From contig NW_013657579.1 of NCBI RefSeq assembly GCF_000142905.1, forward strand, positions 1-6,930: a stretch of 6,930 nt of DNA, given 5' to 3'. Shown piece by piece: positions 4,929-6,930 of this stretch. How positions within the stretch are numbered: the first letter of the stretch is position 1; each line of letters starts with the position of its first letter. The stretch comes from Thecamonas trahens ATCC 50062. Its lineage: Eukaryota; Protista; Apusomonadida. A program made the position numbers and the translations under genes. The notes beneath the pieces are model-generated. The model was not told the DNA's origin. It did no database searches and saw nothing but the letters and a program-made list of their open reading frames with translations.

Positions 4929-6866
4929 TTATGGGTGGCGGCGGAGGATGATGGGGGGGCGGTTGGAGAATACGGTGAGGAGGCGGTTGGGGTCGGAGGG
5001 GTGGGGGATGGAGAGGCCGGTGTGGTTGGCAATGGTGATGCGAGTGGAGTTGTTGCGTGGGTGGGTGGAGGTGGAGCGGCGGGCGTGGAGCCAGAAGGAG
5101 GAGGGGTGGCGGGCGTGGAGGGCGTAGCCGGTGGGGGAGGGGTGCCACTCGAACGTCTCGTCGGAATCTGAGTGGGAGGCCAGGACGGGCAGCTGGCCAT
5201 CCGCACTCGGCAGCGCAATCACACCCCGCACACTGTAGGTGTGGCCCTCCAGCACCTCACAGGAGGCATTGTCCGCGGTGTACCGCATGGCACCCATCTC
5301 GTCGTCCGCAGCATGCCACACCCGGATCGTGTCTTCCCACGACCACGAGACCAGGACAGGCAGCTGGCCATCCGCACTCGGCAGCGCAATCACACCATGC
5401 ACATCGTCGGTGTGGCCCTCCAGCACCTCACAGGAGGCACTGTCCGCGGTGTACCGCATGGCGCCCATCCCGTCGTCCGCAGCATGCCACACCCGGATCG
5501 TCCTGTCCCGCGACCACGAGACCAGGACCGGCAGCTGGCCATCTGTACTCGGCAGCGCAATCACACCCTCCACACCGCTGGTGTGGCCCTCCAGCACCTC
5601 ACAGGAGTCCCTGTCCGCGGTGTACCGCATGGCGCCCGTCCCGTCGTCCGCAGCATGCCACACCCGGATCGTACTGTCCCACGACCACGAGACCAGGACA
5701 GGCAGCTGGCCATCCGCACTCGGCAGCGCAATCACACCCTCCACATCGTCGGTGTGGCTCTCCAGCACCTCACAGGAGGCACTGTCCGCGGTGTACCGCA
5801 TGGCGCCCGTCCCGTCGTACGCAGCATGCCACACCCGGATCGTGTTGTCTCTCGACCACGAGACCAGGACCGGCAGCTGGCCATCCGCACTCGGCAGNNN
5901 NNNNNNNNNNNNNNNNNNNNNNNNNNNNNNNNNNNNNNNNNNNNNNNNNNNNNNNNNNNNNNNNNNNNNNNNNNNNNNNNNNNNNNNNNNNNNNNNNNNN
6001 NNNNNNNNNNNNNNNNNNNNNNNNNNNNNNNNNNNNNNNNNNNNNNNNNNNNNNNNNNNNNNNNNNNNNNNNNNNNNNNNNNNNNNNNNNNNNNNNNNNN
6101 NNNNNNNNNNNNNNNNNNAGGCAATGTCCGCGGTGTACCGCATGGCGCCCGTCCCGTTGTCGGCAGCATGCCACACCCGGATCGTGTCTTCCCACGACCA
6201 CGAGACCAGGACAGGCAGCTGGCCATGCGCACTCGGCAGCGCAATCACACCCCGCACATACTTGGTGTGGCCCTCCAGTACCTCACAGGAGGCACTGTCC
6301 GCGGTGTATCGCATGGCGCCCATCCCGTCGTCCGCAGCATGCCACACCCGGATCGTCCTGTCCCGCGACCACGAGACCAGGACAGGCAGCTGGCCATCCG
6401 CACTCGGCAGCGCAATCACACCCCGCACATCGCTGGTGTGGCCCTCCAGCACCTCCACGCGTTCACCAGTTTGCACGTCAAGTACGTCCACATTCTTCCC
6501 ACATCCAGCAGCAACCAGCGAGCCACCGATGTTGATGACATTGCCGGACAAGCCATCAAAGCGAAAGCGCTCAGCACCACGATGCGCGACAGGGTCCACG
6601 ACTCTCAATGGAATGAGAGCCCCAGACGGGGCATCTTTGCTCACAGCAGCAACCAGGTCCTTCACGGCGTTGGACGCGTTGTCATAGGCAAGTCGGGCAA
6701 CGAGCTCGGTTTCGATGTGTGACGTACCGCTCTCAATGATCTCGCGTGAGAGCGACAGCGCATGCTCGACCTGGTCAACGTCTTTGGCTCCTTCACGGCC
6801 GAGGCGCACAACACAACGCAGATCGTTGAGGAGGCCACCAAGCGAGTCGTTTGCGCGGGCATTCAT
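4929..6866 (-). CDS. WD40-repeat protein with highly internally conserved 57-aa repeats and a ~100-aa, probably helical, N-terminal region
   Basis: 645-aa ORF, in frame across the gap. Repeats read EVLEGHTxxVxGVIALPSADGQLPVLVSWSxxxTIRVWH..., matching the WD40 GH...S.D.TIRVW signature. A degenerate blade (SLVAAGCGKNVDVLDVQTGERV) precedes them. No Walker A/NACHT motif is visible. Confidence 0.9.
   Translation of the reverse strand: MNARANDSLGGLLNDLRCVVRLGREGAKDVDQVEHALSLSREIIESGTSHIETELVARLAYDNASNAVKDLVAAVSKDAPSGALIPLRVVDPVAHRGAERFRFDGLSGNVINIGGSLVAAGCGKNVDVLDVQTGERVEVLEGHTSDVRGVIALPSADGQLPVLVSWSRDRTIRVWHAADDGMGAMRYTADSASCEVLEGHTKYVRGVIALPSAHGQLPVLVSWSWEDTIRVWHAADNGTGAMRYTADIAXXXXXXXXXXXXXXXXXXXXXXXXXXXXXXXXXXXXXXXXXXXXXXXXXXXXXXXXXXXXXXXXXXXXXXXXXXLPSADGQLPVLVSWSRDNTIRVWHAAYDGTGAMRYTADSASCEVLESHTDDVEGVIALPSADGQLPVLVSWSWDSTIRVWHAADDGTGAMRYTADRDSCEVLEGHTSGVEGVIALPSTDGQLPVLVSWSRDRTIRVWHAADDGMGAMRYTADSASCEVLEGHTDDVHGVIALPSADGQLPVLVSWSWEDTIRVWHAADDEMGAMRYTADNASCEVLEGHTYSVRGVIALPSADGQLPVLASHSDSDETFEWHPSPTGYALHARHPSSFWLHARRSTSTHPRNNSTRITIANHTGLSIPHPSDPNRLLTVFSNRPPIILRRHP
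5180..6455 (-). repeat. Coding tandem repeat, 171-bp unit, ~7.5 copies (one hidden in the gap)
   Basis: The anchor ggcagctggccat occurs at 5188, 5359, 5530, 5701, 5872, 6214 and 6385. Spacing is 171 throughout and 342 (2 x 171) across the gap. Confidence 0.97.
5898..6118. other. Assembly gap (221 N) inside the WD40 repeat array
   Basis: Run of N. Its length keeps the 171-bp register exactly. Confidence 1.
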
Positions 6867-6900
6867 CCACGGCCAGGAGAGAGCAACGGCAACGGCGGCA

Positions 6901-6912
6901 TGATTCGCTCCG
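6901..6912 (-). promoter_or_regulatory. Candidate core-promoter/5' leader motif CGGAGCGAATCA (copy 2)
   Basis: Identical to 3615-3626 and 34 bp upstream of the WD40 ATG at 6866. Confidence 0.25.
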
Positions 6913-6930
6913 GCTGCAATCAGGTGCGAA

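Noticed and set aside
4950-5142. G-run-rich + strand tract (possible G-quadruplex) and a 13-bp duplication ggcgggcgtggag at 5078 and 5108
   Set aside because: Explained by Pro/His/Ser/Thr codons (LHAR twice) in the WD40 C-terminus in GC-rich DNA, with no independent support.
5180-6455. Diversity-generating retroelement (TR/VR pair)
   Set aside because: There is no reverse transcriptase or invariant non-coding template copy in the window, and the variation is not visibly restricted to adenines of one template. Tandem coding repeats explain it better.
5057-6722. Three long + strand ORFs (492, 516, 482 aa) covering all three frames
   Set aside because: A stop-free GC-rich 171-bp unit amplified in tandem, plus Ns, keeps the antisense frames open. 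Only the - frame gives a WD40 signature.

Overview
GC-rich, gene-dense, apparently intron-poor DNA that looks eukaryotic (probably a protist; that is inferred from gene content only). It has two N gaps (3152-3458, 5898-6118). From left to right: (1) a palindrome-bearing tandem array of 30-bp monomers organised as 60-bp dimers (1-210, running off the left edge); (2) a + strand gene for an N-terminal F-box-like plus ~8-ankyrin-repeat protein (314-1612); (3) a convergent - strand type I membrane protein with FG-GAP/VCBS-like motifs, a Pro/Ser stalk, one TM helix and an acidic-dileucine tail (1622 to >3151, start probably in the gap); (4) a decayed + strand protein kinase split over three reading frames and missed by the ORF track (~4223-4916); (5) a convergent - strand WD40 protein (4929-6866) with near-identical 171-bp repeats whose differences cluster at the positions that are hypervariable in fungal HET-D/HET-E-type non-self receptors, but with no NACHT domain. 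The WD40 gene and the palindromic array are the best candidates for something undescribed.
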